A DNA stretch of 64,000 nucleotides from an uncultured Alphaproteobacteria bacterium. Lineage in GTDB: Bacteria; Pseudomonadota; Alphaproteobacteria; Rhizobiales; Rhodomicrobiaceae. Location: positions 12,215 through 76,214 of the forward strand of contig CAWIAL010000019.1 in assembly GCA_963834165.1 (NCBI GenBank), read 5' to 3'. Numbering within the stretch: position 1 is the first letter of the stretch; every line of letters begins with the position of its first letter. Position numbers and translations under genes: made by a program. Of the stretch, positions 41,701-50,811 are shown piece by piece. Under the pieces are notes generated by a model. It worked only from the letters and a program-made list of their open reading frames with translations. It had not been told where the DNA came from and did not search any database.

Positions 41701-42281
41701 ACTTGGCGCTCCGGACTGGCGCCTTTGCCCTGGACGAAGAAGACAGGCGTCCACTCTTGGAGGGTCACAAACACCATGAACGCCGCCACCACCAATGCCA
41801 GAGCATAAGCGCCAAGCAGCACGGCCGCGCGATGGATCATTGCGGGGGAACCGCGCTGAAGCAAGGCGGCGCCAGCGAGATAGCAAAGCGACGCGCCCCA
41901 GACCGTGAGATTGTGACTGGTGACGATGGTATTAGCGTTGAAGCCCGGCGTGAGGGCGGCGAATGACGGAGATAGACCCGAAGCGCCCCAGAGCAACGCC
42001 CCGCACCCAAATAGCACCACGCCCGGCGCGCCTGTGACGCGAAAATTGCGTGCGAACAGGAATGCGATGCCCAGCGCCGGCAAAGTCGTGAGCAGGATAC
42101 TCAGCGCAATCAAAAGTCCGGGCAACTCATGCGGCGCCTGCACATCGCTGAACCACAGGCCGATCACGGCCACGAACAATACCGGCAACGGAATCAAGAC
42201 GAACCTATGTGGAGCAAACAGGTCCGGCCGATCAATTCCCTGGCTTACGATGCTCGGTTCGCTGTGGACAAAATCACTCAT
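38691..42281 (-). CDS. HWE/HisKA_2-type sensor histidine kinase: polytopic N-terminus plus four PAS-like modules
   Basis: About a dozen hydrophobic helices in the first ~420 aa. Four PAS-like units each end in D(I/V)(S/T)(E/D)RK.AE.AL. H-box EVNHRAKNILALVQAIARQT; N-box HELATNAGKYGA. The track start at 42359 is TTG; the first ATG is at 42281. Confidence 0.85.
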   Translation of the reverse strand: MSDFVHSEPSIVSQGIDRPDLFAPHRFVLIPLPVLFVAVIGLWFSDVQAPHELPGLLIALSILLTTLPALGIAFLFARNFRVTGAPGVVLFGCGALLWGASGLSPSFAALTPGFNANTIVTSHNLTVWGASLCYLAGAALLQRGSPAMIHRAAVLLGAYALALVVAAFMVFVTLQEWTPVFFVQGKGASPERQVVLGSTIFAILQTLLLLRGGAKLRRSSFLDWFVLALLLLVIGYAGIMLQTIVGGVLGWVSRAAQYLGGGYMLVAAYVAFRDTEAPFLVTAALPEKAPHRYSVAIAIVLIAAVFRLVFLQPLGAHFTFITLYPAVVLAALYGGLRAGTLATLLAAALADYYWMEPVGSFIMANPMDWMALAIFVINCLLISWIVGLLQKAQWRLRLVEAERRAELERMVVERTAELGLANEAKSRLLEAATATEAELQAVFDSVPAGIWITRDPSCRTMQGNRLGNAWMRIPDGSNASKSAADSSILRFEVFDKHGLPVPNHELPMQRAALGEEVMDYEFEWRFPDGESRSLYGNAIPLRDADGNTVGGVAAFIDVSERKRAEEALRESEKQERQRRRELEAILEAIPAAVFIAEDPACTRMSLNRAGQELLRLPAHANASKSAPAGEAPQHFEVRSEGRVLPSGELPLQRAAATKSMIKAAEFELHFVDGDCKHFLGNALPLLDDGGEVRGAVGAFVDITDRKHAFDALRDSEERLRHLGDSLPDGAVYRYGHEAGGAVRFHYISAGIEHLNGVSVEAVLRDAGMLHRQILPDYLSKLIEKERLSAIELSDFEMEIPMRRPDGEVRWMRLQSRPHRTEDGSVIWDGVQTDITERKRAEEALRESEERFRGIFEHAATGISITDLEYRFQSCNPAYAAMLGYTEEELRAANFPDLVHPEDREANLMALRRLVAQEIPWFEIVNRYVAKDGKPIWVNKHVSLLRDASGAPTRLIALVTDISERKRQEEQVSLLLREVNHRAKNILALVQAIARQTVASAPEDFAERFGERVRALAASQDLLVKAEWKGVDLHELIHTQLAHFSDLIGGRIALHGPLLFISASAAQTIGMALHELATNAGKYGALSNASGRVEVGWVLEGAEGGEERFSICWRESGGPPVMKPTQTGFGSTVISRMAIMNLDANIELDFAVHGLIWRLQCASDNVLEGSCSAAIGKSPRPVEGCVRSSAGSAHSRR

Positions 42282-42685
42282 TGCAATACTCGGACGAGAG
42301 CGAAGCGCTGTCTCCGGGATTGTTCTCCTCCAGAAGTTACGCGCAGGCCGGTACTTCAAAACCTTCGCGGCCTCATGTCAACTGCACAGCTGCAGGTCCC
42401 ACAAGTGGACACAAAGGCGCTAAAGCGCAACTTCTGCGATACCTGGCCGGGCACGACGGGTCGCAAGGGCCACTAGCAGTCTGCAGCAGCCATATGCCTT
42501 CGCGAAGGCGCCGCGTTCCTCAGTTCAACGGGCTACGATGCATCTTGCTATGTCGAAGCGGTTTTCTAACAGGGTAGCTAACAGCAAACAAGGCTACCTT
42601 CTGCTTCGGGTCAAATTGCGCCAATTACTGCAAGCCTCACATTTGCTGAGACCCGGAACCGGACCTTAGCTTGAGACGCCGCTGC

Positions 42686-44131
42686 TCAGTACGTCGCAAG
42701 GAACTCCTTATAGTTCGGGTTTTGCCTGAGCAAACTGCCCGCCGAGGAGATGAGCAGGTCCACGTCGTCTTTCGGCAGCTTGAAGCGAGTCGGGATCTTG
42801 TCGAGCCGCGCCTTCACGCTTGGCTCGCGCATCTGGTCGAAGCTCACTTTCGCCACTTGGAGCGAAAGATTGTGGCAATCCCAGCCGTCCGTGGAGCCGC
42901 GCAGCGTCGCCACTTCGGGCGGCGTTAAACCGCAACGGTATTCGATCATGCGGTCGCGCCATTTTTCCATCTCGGCGAGAAAGGCGTCGTAGGCCGCGCG
43001 AACATTCGCATCCACAGCGGTGTCGGAGACGGCCTGGATCAGGTCCATGAGTTCGGGCGACTCGGCATTTTTTGCGAGATCGCCTCCCGGCGGGCGGCCT
43101 GCATCGACCACCACGAAGAGAAAGCGCTTCAGGTTCACTACCTGCCGCGGCGTGAGCGGCTCGTAGGGCTTGGTTGCTGCCGCGAGTTCGAGGACGAAGC
43201 CGCTGAGCCCGAGGTTATCGGTCATTCCGCCGTCGAGGAGCTTCACGAACTGCACATCGGTCTTTTCGCGATACCGCTGCACCGCGGCCGCGGAGGCGCG
43301 CAAGATCGCAGGCGCGCCCGGCCGGTCGCCGGAATAGACCCAATCGGGCGCATTGAATTGGCATTTGTCCGCGTAGTTTTCGATCACGATAGGGGCGAAG
43401 ACGAGCGGCACCGCGGCTGATGCCGCGACGGCCTCGGACAGGGGATAGCGGCGAAGGTCGCTGCAGAGCGCGCCGAAATTCACGGTGTTGTAGATGAAAG
43501 TCGTCCGATTGAAGATGTCGGAAGCGTTGATCCAAAGCTGGGGGCGGCCCGGTTTCAGCACATCGGCGTAGGTTGCGCCGCGAAACAGGTTCTTGTCGAG
43601 CCACGCCGGCAAGCCGCTGCGGTCGTTGACGCCTCCCTTTGCAAGCAGCATCAGGTTCGTCACGTTCACGGATGTGCTGAGCGAGGCTTCGACATCCTGA
43701 ATGAGGAACCTGTTGCGGAAATCTCCAAGCATGTCGCGTCCGCGCAACGCGAAATAGGCCGCAGTGACCGAGCCGCCCGAAACACCCGACACGAGGGAAA
43801 CGCGATCGATGAGCGGCCCGCGCGTTCCATTTGCTGAGGCAACCTCGGTCTTTCCCAGCTCCTGCAACACGCCGAAGGCAAAGGCGCTCGCCCGCGTGCC
43901 GCCGCCCGAGAAGCTCAAGCCGATGGCGGTATCCGAGTTTTCCTGAATGGGCGCCGCGCTCATGGCCGCCGGTTCAGCGGCTGCAGCGGGCTCATCGGTG
44001 AGCGCCGAATTGATCGGTGCGTTTCGAATGCCGAAACCTGCGCAGGCGGAAAGCGCGAACGCGGTGCCAAGACAAGCCGCGGCTGCCGCGAAACGCCAAG
44101 ATCGCCGAGCAAAGCCTGATTGTCTGTTCAA
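42686..44131 (-). CDS. Patatin-like phospholipase lipoprotein
   Basis: TTG start. Lipobox FALSAC. Motifs FSGGGTRASAF, SGVSGGS, LDGGMTDNLG. Confidence 0.8.
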   Translation of the reverse strand: MNRQSGFARRSWRFAAAAACLGTAFALSACAGFGIRNAPINSALTDEPAAAAEPAAMSAAPIQENSDTAIGLSFSGGGTRASAFAFGVLQELGKTEVASANGTRGPLIDRVSLVSGVSGGSVTAAYFALRGRDMLGDFRNRFLIQDVEASLSTSVNVTNLMLLAKGGVNDRSGLPAWLDKNLFRGATYADVLKPGRPQLWINASDIFNRTTFIYNTVNFGALCSDLRRYPLSEAVAASAAVPLVFAPIVIENYADKCQFNAPDWVYSGDRPGAPAILRASAAAVQRYREKTDVQFVKLLDGGMTDNLGLSGFVLELAAATKPYEPLTPRQVVNLKRFLFVVVDAGRPPGGDLAKNAESPELMDLIQAVSDTAVDANVRAAYDAFLAEMEKWRDRMIEYRCGLTPPEVATLRGSTDGWDCHNLSLQVAKVSFDQMREPSVKARLDKIPTRFKLPKDDVDLLISSAGSLLRQNPNYKEFLATY

Positions 44132-44397
44132 AATGCTATCCTCTCGCCTTCAAAAGGCGGCTGCCAATTCTCATGCCCGAATGCCGGCCGCGATGTCCTG
44201 GCAAAGAAACCGCGCCCGGACACAAGCAGTGCTGGGCGGAAAAGATATTGTCCTCAACGATGCAGTTGCCCCACGGACTCGTCAGAAATGTGGCACCGCT
44301 GACATCGGCAAGCGCGAGGCAGGCCCCAAGGCCTATACCTAAGCCCGTGGAAACTTTTGGATGTGTATGCTTACCCTTTCGGTTAGAGTGCGGGCGG

Positions 44398-45654
44398 ATG
44401 TATAAACGGTTACCATTGCTTTGTCTTTCAGCGGCGCTCGTCCTGGCGCTGCCTTTGACGCCTGCCGGAAAAGCGGCGGCGGGCACTCCGCTTCAGGACG
44501 CGATCGCAAAGCTCACACCCCAGCAGCAGGCGACGCTCAAGGCATACGAAACCGCTCGCATCGCTCATGTCCACCGTGTGGATCAGTACTGGCGGCTGGT
44601 GGAGCTGAAGCGCAAAAGGCGCAAGGCAAAGATCGCGGCAGGCAAGCCGTTGACGGTCGAAGACTACGTGAAGGAGCAGCCCCCCGTCTATAAAGGGCCG
44701 AAGCGGCCGGACGATATCATGGCGCTGCTTCCGAAGCCGCCGAAGCCCCCCGCCGTTCCTCACGAGCCAATACCGGTCATCGCCGATTTTCTGCGGGAGG
44801 CGGAAAACATCTACGGCTTCCGGCCCGATCGCGTGAGCGAAGACGAGTTCATGATCTATTATGCGATCGAGGCCATCAAGCTCGGTTTAACGAGAGATCA
44901 GGTGATCCGCGTGTACGCGCTCGAAACGGGGGGCATGGGCACGCACGATCTTCAATCGGGCTATAATCCTAAGACCGGCCACGCAGCGTCGACAGCTCTC
45001 GGCTATGCCCAGTTGCTGGCGGCAAACTCCATCGAGCAGGTCCGGAAAGAAGGTCCGGACTTCGCCGCCCGGCTAGACCGTCTGGCCGAGGAGCCGAATG
45101 TCTCGTACAGCAAGGCGCAAGCGCTTCGTGTCAAGGCAGCTTCCATCCGGCGCATGGTCGCTGACGCCCGAAGGGTTCACGAGAGCTGGCCCGCCCATGT
45201 GGCCTACGCGAAAACGCCCAAAGGGCTGGCGATGCATGCGCTGAACCTCGATGGCAATGTCGGGCCCTGGATGCAGGTGGTTAAACTGCGCGGCATCATG
45301 GAATACGCGTCCAAGAAGGGCATGGGCCGCCTGACCGGCGCACAGCTGGAGCTGATGAACCTGGCTGGGCCGGGGAGCGGTTTCGAAATGCTGCAGCCGC
45401 CCGGGCGCGACATGCCGACTGCGAATTTCTTTGAGCGCGGAGGCTACGAGCGCAATCCGGTGGCGCATGACAAAACGGGAGCGCAGATGCTCGCCAAGTT
45501 CGAAGAGATCATGGACCGGAACGTGCAGAAACCCGGCGCGCAGAAGTTTGCCCAGATTTTCGATAGTATCGCCCGGCGCCTAGCCGCCGGCGGCCAGGTT
45601 CGCGAATTGGCCGAGGCGGAGCGGCCATGGTACAATCCTTTCGGCGCGCGCTGA
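44398..45654 (+). CDS. Secreted hypothetical protein (weak lysozyme/transglycosylase-like motifs)
   Basis: The ATG at 44398 gives the signal peptide MYKRLPLLCLSAALVLALPLTPA. Motifs ALETGG and ALGYAQLL are weakly SLT-like. The track ORF start at 44017 overlaps the divergent patatin gene. Confidence 0.55.
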   Translation: MYKRLPLLCLSAALVLALPLTPAGKAAAGTPLQDAIAKLTPQQQATLKAYETARIAHVHRVDQYWRLVELKRKRRKAKIAAGKPLTVEDYVKEQPPVYKGPKRPDDIMALLPKPPKPPAVPHEPIPVIADFLREAENIYGFRPDRVSEDEFMIYYAIEAIKLGLTRDQVIRVYALETGGMGTHDLQSGYNPKTGHAASTALGYAQLLAANSIEQVRKEGPDFAARLDRLAEEPNVSYSKAQALRVKAASIRRMVADARRVHESWPAHVAYAKTPKGLAMHALNLDGNVGPWMQVVKLRGIMEYASKKGMGRLTGAQLELMNLAGPGSGFEMLQPPGRDMPTANFFERGGYERNPVAHDKTGAQMLAKFEEIMDRNVQKPGAQKFAQIFDSIARRLAAGGQVRELAEAERPWYNPFGAR

Positions 45655-46090
45655 GCGAGAACGCTTAAGAACGCAATCGATTGAGTGAAACGCCCGCAAA
45701 GCCTGTCCCGGTGAAGATGGGGAGCCGCCATCCAGTAATCGGAGCTCCAAAAGTTCCGTGGTCAGGGATATGGCATCGCTCACTGATTCGCCGCCGGAGT
45801 ATATTCCAGTGCGAACGGGTGCGGGAACGGCAACAAGGCAGGTCAAGAATTTCGGCGCTTGTTCCAACCCGCAAACAATTGCCCAATTTGGTCACCAAAA
45901 GTTTTACGCTGAGCTTAAGCGAAAACGCGTAGACCCCGTTGTACGGCTTGAGCGGGCAGCAAGCTTGTCACAAAAGCTCAAGCCAGCTTCGGCTAGGCCA
46001 GCAAAAGGAAGAATCATCATACTGGTGTGAATGGGTTGCGCTGGGCGCCATGGGGCACCGGCTTCCGGCAATTCATCCAAGGAGGCTCTT

Positions 46091-46333
46091 ATGGTTAATC
46101 ATGCGAAGGCAAAGTTCGCGGCGTCTTTCCTGGTTCTGTCTTTGATGGCGAACCCCGCGGCTTATGCTGCGGCCGAAAACACGCCAGGCGACAAGCCGTC
46201 CCAAACGGAGCCTGAGACTAAATCTTACCTGCCGCCGTGGATGCAGGGTCAGGGTGGCGCCGATAATGGGAGCACGGCGGGAAAAAACAGCCCTGCTGCG
46301 GGATACGGCTTCCGCGCCCGTGACGGCCTCTAA
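46091..46333 (+). CDS. Small secreted low-complexity protein (may continue to 46475 if the A6 run at 46282-46287 has one extra A)
   Basis: AAGGAGG 6 nt upstream of the ATG at 46091. Signal-peptide-like FAASFLVLSLMANPAAYAAA. Confidence 0.4.
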   Translation: MVNHAKAKFAASFLVLSLMANPAAYAAAENTPGDKPSQTEPETKSYLPPWMQGQGGADNGSTAGKNSPAAGYGFRARDGL

Positions 46334-46824
46334 CCCCGGTGCAACATCCGCGGCTACAGAGCCCGATGCGTCGAAGAAGAAGGTGGGGGGCGCGAGCCAG
46401 GGACAGAAGTCCAACCGTCACGCTTGGCCAAGCAGCTCGCTATTCAAGGGGCTTGCTGGACTGTTTGGGCGATAGGCAATCGGCTCGTCAATCCAAATCA
46501 AGCGTAATACCGAACGCAATAGACGCTGCCCCCCGTGTCGTGCCCACGAAGGCGGGATCCAGTAATCGGAAGGTGAAAGGTTCGCAAAACAGCGGCTTAG
46601 CGCTGCGCTTACCACGTCCCCGCCTGCGCGGGGACGACAACAAGAACGGTCAGGAACTTCTGCGCTTGGTAAAAGCTCTTTCCTGGTTGTATTTATATAC
46701 CTATTAATACGGTTGGTATAGTTTTATCGCGAGCTTGGCTATTCATATGCGGCTTCACTGCGCGTAGCGTGCAGGCCCGCAAGTCATGAGTAGAGTTTTT
46801 GCTGCGCGGAACAGGGAAATCTTT

Positions 46825-47184
46825 ATGCGTATATTCAGGAAAGCCATTGCTATTGCAGCGATTGCCTTCGCGATTGCCAGTCCAGCGGCTTTGGCCGGCC
46901 CCCCCGGCATTATCTCCGCCGGGATCGATAGCGCGGCTGGCGTCGCACTCTCGAATGATAGTCTTCGCCTGGACGTTCGCGTTTATGTCCGCAGAGGATA
47001 CAGAACCGTCAGCGTCGAGCGCCCCATTCGTGCCTGCCGCCCGCATTGCGGTACTTACCGGCCTTACTGGTTTGGCTCGACCACAACCTATTACTACGGC
47101 ACTTATCCCTTTGCATATCCGGCCGGGCTTTACGCCACCACGCCTGTCTTAACCCCGACTGCGTTTCCGTTCGCCTTGTACTAG
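46825..47184 (+). CDS. Small secreted hypothetical protein (Tyr/Pro-rich C-terminus)
   Basis: MRIFRKAIAIAAIAFAIASPAALA signal peptide. 119 aa. Confidence 0.45.
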   Translation: MRIFRKAIAIAAIAFAIASPAALAGPPGIISAGIDSAAGVALSNDSLRLDVRVYVRRGYRTVSVERPIRACRPHCGTYRPYWFGSTTTYYYGTYPFAYPAGLYATTPVLTPTAFPFALY

Positions 47185-47207
47185 AAGCATGACATGGAAA
47201 CGCGAGG

Positions 47208-47314
47208 CACCTCTCCGGTGAGAGGTCGGACCGCTTTGCGGTCCGGGTGAGGTAAGTGCATGATTATCGAATGTAAGCGCCCCTCACCCCAACCCTCTCC
47301 CCTGGGAGAGGGAG
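47208..47314. repeat. REP-like palindromic elements between convergent genes
   Basis: Hairpins cacctctcc-ggtg-agaggt.. and ggaccgc-tttg-cggtcc. Also cccctcaccccaaccctctcccctgggagagggagc (47280-47314), near-identical to 25855-25891. Confidence 0.65.
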
Positions 47315-47327
47315 CTCCCGCTTCGAT

Positions 47328-47564
47328 TTAGAAATCGGAGGCGATGCCCTTCTTCTCCCAATCGCCGTAGCGCGTCGGTTCCGGGCCTTTGCGGCCGCCG
47401 AGTTCTTTCGGGAGCGCCGAGCCGCCGTCATCGCGCTTTCGCTGTTCTGCTTCTTCCAGAGCGCGCTGCGCGGCTTCTTTCCGGCGGCGATCTATCTCGG
47501 TTTCCCTCGCCTCTTCCATTTTTATCCTCGAAAGCCAGCTTGCATGTTTGATTGCAAGCCCCAT
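47328..47564 (-). CDS. DUF1674 (SDHAF4-like) small protein
   Basis: C-terminal ..GPEPTRYGDWEKKGIASDF is the family signature. Confidence 0.7.
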   Translation of the reverse strand: MGLAIKHASWLSRIKMEEARETEIDRRRKEAAQRALEEAEQRKRDDGGSALPKELGGRKGPEPTRYGDWEKKGIASDF

Positions 47565-47637
47565 AAGTTTGGAGGCGTTGCCCTATTCGGCAATATGGTC
47601 ATTCGCCGCGAAGGGCAGCGATGCGGCTCTATCAGCG

Positions 47638-48741
47638 TTAGTTCGCGAAGCGGAAATGCATGACGTCGCCGTCATTCACGGTGTAATCCTTGCCCTCCAG
47701 CCGCATCTTGCCGGCTTCCTTCGCACCCGTCTCGCCGCCAAGCGTCACGAAATCGCGGTAGGCGATTGTCTCGGCGCGGATGAACCCTTTTTCGAAGTCG
47801 GTGTGGATAACGCCCGCTGCCGCCGGCGCCGTCGTGCCTCTCGTGATAGTCCAGGCGCGAGTTTCCTGCGGCCCGGCGGTGAAATAGGTAATGAGCCCGA
47901 GGAGACGATAACCTGCCGAGATCAGCCGGTTCAGCCCGGGCTCATCGAGGCCAAGTTCCTTGAGAAATTCCTTGCGCTCGTGCTCATCGAGATGGGCAAG
48001 CTCGGCCTCGATCTTCGCCGAGATCACGACGATCTCCAATTCTGCGCCGCTAAATCGCTGCTTGACCTGCTGCGAGTAGGCATTGCCCGTGTCGGCGCTC
48101 GCCTCATCCACATTGCACACATAAAGCGCAGGCTTTGCCGTAAGAAGTTGCAAATTCCGGAACGCGCGATGCTCGCTTTCGGGAATCTCAGCCAACGCTA
48201 GCCGCGCGGGTTTACCCTCGGCGACATACTTCAACGCAATGTCGATCAAGGCGAGCGTGGTCTTCGCCTCTTTGTCCTGGCCTTTCGCCTTCTTCTCAAC
48301 AGTAAGCCTGCGCCGTTCGAGGCTATCGAGATCGGCAAGCATCAACTCGGTCTCGACCGTTTCTGCGTCCGCGATAGGATCGACGCGGCCCTCAACATGG
48401 GTCACATCGTCATCCTCGAAGCAGCGCAGCACATAGGCGATGGCATCGACCTCGCGGATATTCGCGAGAAACTGATTGCCGAGACCTTCGCCCTTCGACG
48501 CGCCGCGCACAAGACCCGCGATATCGACGAAGGTCAGCCTCGTCGGGATGATGGCCTTCGACCCCGCAACGCTTGCGATTTTTTCGAGGCGCTCGTCAGG
48601 GACGGACACCTCGCCGACGTTCGGCTCGATGGTGCAGAAGGGATAGTTCGCCGCCTGCGCGGCCGCGGTCTGCGTCAGCGCATTGAAGAGGGTGGATTTG
48701 CCGACATTCGGCAATCCGACGATGCCACACTTGAATCCCAT
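47638..48741 (-). CDS. ychF: Redox-regulated ribosome-binding ATPase YchF
   Basis: MGFKCGIVGLPNVGKSTLFNALT.. C-terminal ..GKDY.V.DGDV..FRFN. Confidence 0.95.
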   Translation of the reverse strand: MGFKCGIVGLPNVGKSTLFNALTQTAAAQAANYPFCTIEPNVGEVSVPDERLEKIASVAGSKAIIPTRLTFVDIAGLVRGASKGEGLGNQFLANIREVDAIAYVLRCFEDDDVTHVEGRVDPIADAETVETELMLADLDSLERRRLTVEKKAKGQDKEAKTTLALIDIALKYVAEGKPARLALAEIPESEHRAFRNLQLLTAKPALYVCNVDEASADTGNAYSQQVKQRFSGAELEIVVISAKIEAELAHLDEHERKEFLKELGLDEPGLNRLISAGYRLLGLITYFTAGPQETRAWTITRGTTAPAAAGVIHTDFEKGFIRAETIAYRDFVTLGGETGAKEAGKMRLEGKDYTVNDGDVMHFRFAN

Positions 48742-48762
48742 AAAAAGTCCGCCGGCCTTTGC

Positions 48763-50130
48763 CTAACTGTATGTGCCGCCGCGAACCCGCGTCCGGAACC
48801 ACCTGGTAAAGATGTTGCCCTTCTTTTTGGGCTTAGGCGCGGGCTGAGGTTTTGCAGCGGCAGCCTTGGGCGCGTCAGCTTTTTTCGCCAGGGGCTCTGC
48901 GACTGGCGCCGGTTCAACCTTCGCGGCTGCAGCCAAAGCTGGTTTTTCTTCCACAACCGTTTCCGGAACCGCTCGCACCGGCTCAGCCTCGGTCACAGGC
49001 TGAGGTTTAGCGGGTTCGGCAGCGGCGACTGGCTGGATGCTCTGGAACACCGGCTCCGCTACTGCGTGTTCCGGTTCTGGAGCAGGTTCCGGCTCGGTAA
49101 CAGGCTCGGGCTCGGAAATGGGCTCCGGCTCCGGAGTGGGTTCCGGCTCGCCTACGGGTTCCGGTTCAGGCACCGGCTGCGGCTCGGGTACGTGAATTGG
49201 CTCGATAACGGGCTCCGGCTCGGCAATGGCCTCGATGACGCGCTTCGCCGGCGCTGGAGCGGGCTCCGGCTCGGCGATAACCTCGATGACATGCTGCGGC
49301 TCTGGAGCCGGTTCCGGCTCCGCAACGGCTTCGATAACGGCTTCCCGTACTGACGCAGAAACGGCTCCCACGCTTTCCTCGCGCGTCGCTGCAACTGCGA
49401 TGGGAGGCACAGGCATGGGCTCGATTGGCCTTGAAGCGGCGGCCGCGATCGTCGCCAGGGTTACAGCCTCCGCGTCGGGGAAGCCTTCAATCCTAAGCGC
49501 GGGAGCGGGCGCCTCAACCTTAGGCGCAGGCGTTGACCCGTTCAATTTTGCCGCCGGCGCGGAAGGCTTGCGTCCGCGGGCGGCTTCACTCAAAAAAGCG
49601 GCCTCGCTTCCTTCCACCAGCTTCGCCATGCCGCGCGCCACGCCTTCCAGCACAGGCACCAGCCATTCAAGATCGGCTTTCGCGAAATCATGGAGCACGT
49701 AGTTGGCAACAAGCGCCTTATCGCCGGGGTGATCGATGCCAAGGCGTACCCGCATGTAATCGTTGCCGATGTGCGCGGAGATCGATTTTAGGCCGTTGTG
49801 GCCCGCATTGCCCCCGCCCGTCTTGACGCGAATCGCGCCGGGCTTCAGGTCGATCTCGTCGTGGATGACGATAACGTCGCCGAGCGAAAGCTTGTAGAAG
49901 CGCATGGCCTCTCCGACCGCGCGTCCGCTCTCGTTCATGAAGGTGGATGGCTTCAGCAGGATGCACTTCTCAAGCCCGATCTGCCCCTCAGCCGTATAGC
50001 CTTGGAACCGCTTCTTCCAGGGCGCGAAGGTGTAGCCCCGAGCCATCTCGTCGACCGCCATGAAACCGATATTATGACGGTTACCTGCGTATTTCTCACC
50101 TGGATTGCCTAATCCGACGATCAGTTTCAT
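48763..50130 (-). CDS. pth: Peptidyl-tRNA hydrolase with a ~260-aa Pro/Glu/Ala/Val-rich C-terminal extension
   Basis: [35 protein letters not shown].. (Pth domain ~190 aa), followed in the same frame by VIE.(I/V)AEPEP and EPEP(V/T/I/A) repeats. It ends ..[23 protein letters not shown], 21 nt before ychF. Confidence 0.8.
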   Translation of the reverse strand: MKLIVGLGNPGEKYAGNRHNIGFMAVDEMARGYTFAPWKKRFQGYTAEGQIGLEKCILLKPSTFMNESGRAVGEAMRFYKLSLGDVIVIHDEIDLKPGAIRVKTGGGNAGHNGLKSISAHIGNDYMRVRLGIDHPGDKALVANYVLHDFAKADLEWLVPVLEGVARGMAKLVEGSEAAFLSEAARGRKPSAPAAKLNGSTPAPKVEAPAPALRIEGFPDAEAVTLATIAAAASRPIEPMPVPPIAVAATREESVGAVSASVREAVIEAVAEPEPAPEPQHVIEVIAEPEPAPAPAKRVIEAIAEPEPVIEPIHVPEPQPVPEPEPVGEPEPTPEPEPISEPEPVTEPEPAPEPEHAVAEPVFQSIQPVAAAEPAKPQPVTEAEPVRAVPETVVEEKPALAAAAKVEPAPVAEPLAKKADAPKAAAAKPQPAPKPKKKGNIFTRWFRTRVRGGTYS

Positions 50131-50190
50131 GATTCTAATCTCTTATTATCGATGAATTGCGCCGAGGCCGGATGCAAATTCCATGCAAGC

Positions 50191-50811
50191 CTACTCGCTC
50201 TTTTCCTCTTCGCCGGCGGCTTCCTCAGCAGCTTCCGACCGGGCCGCTGCGGCGCCTGCGATCGTCGCGATAGTAAAATCGCGATCCGTAATCGTCGGCG
50301 TGATGCCCTTCGGAAGCGTGACGGCTGAAATGTGAATGCTGTCGCCAATATCCTGGCCGGTTAGATCCACCGTGATTTTCTCGGGGATCGCATCGGCCGG
50401 GCATGAAAACTCCACCGTGTGCCGCACAATGTTCAGCACACCGCCGCGCTTCAGACCGGGCGAGGCATCCTCGTTTATGAACTGGACGGGAACTTCCACG
50501 TCGATCCGCGAGGTGCGGCTGACGCGCATGAAATCCACGTGGATCGGAAAGTCGCGGACCGGATCGACCTGAACGTCGCGCGGAATGACGCGCTCCTTCT
50601 TGCCATCCACGTCCAGCAGGTACACGGTCGAAAGAAAGTGGCCGGTCTGGTAGTGCTGCCACACGAGCCGGTATTCCAATGACACATTCGCAGGCCCCTT
50701 TTCGCCGCCGTAAACGACGCCGGGGACCATCTTTTGCGCCCTGAGCGCGCGATTGGCGATTTTGCCAGTTCCTTCGCGCGCGGTTGCTTTGAGTTCTGTA
50801 AGCTCCGCCAT
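50191..50811 (-). CDS. rplY: 50S ribosomal protein L25 / general stress protein Ctc
   Basis: ..AREGTGKIANRALRAQKMVPGVVYG..V.VD....FPIHVDF.RV.. Confidence 0.9.
   Translation of the reverse strand: MAELTELKATAREGTGKIANRALRAQKMVPGVVYGGEKGPANVSLEYRLVWQHYQTGHFLSTVYLLDVDGKKERVIPRDVQVDPVRDFPIHVDFMRVSRTSRIDVEVPVQFINEDASPGLKRGGVLNIVRHTVEFSCPADAIPEKITVDLTGQDIGDSIHISAVTLPKGITPTITDRDFTIATIAGAAAARSEAAEEAAGEEEKSE

Noticed and set aside
45731-46570. Shared 13-mer tccagtaatcgga at 45731 and 46558.
   Set aside because: A 13-nt match within 64 kb is expected by chance (tens of such pairs). The flanks do not extend the similarity.
46616-46635. The hairpin gtccccgc-ctgc-gcggggac resembles some CRISPR repeat cores.
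   Set aside because: It is a single copy with no regularly spaced repeats or spacers, and there are no cas genes in the window. It fits the local family of GC hairpin repeats.
48397-49353. 318-aa plus-strand ORF with RLGNGLRLR-type repeats.
   Set aside because: It is the reverse-complement shadow of the EPEP repeat tail of pth and of ychF. There is no independent start context.
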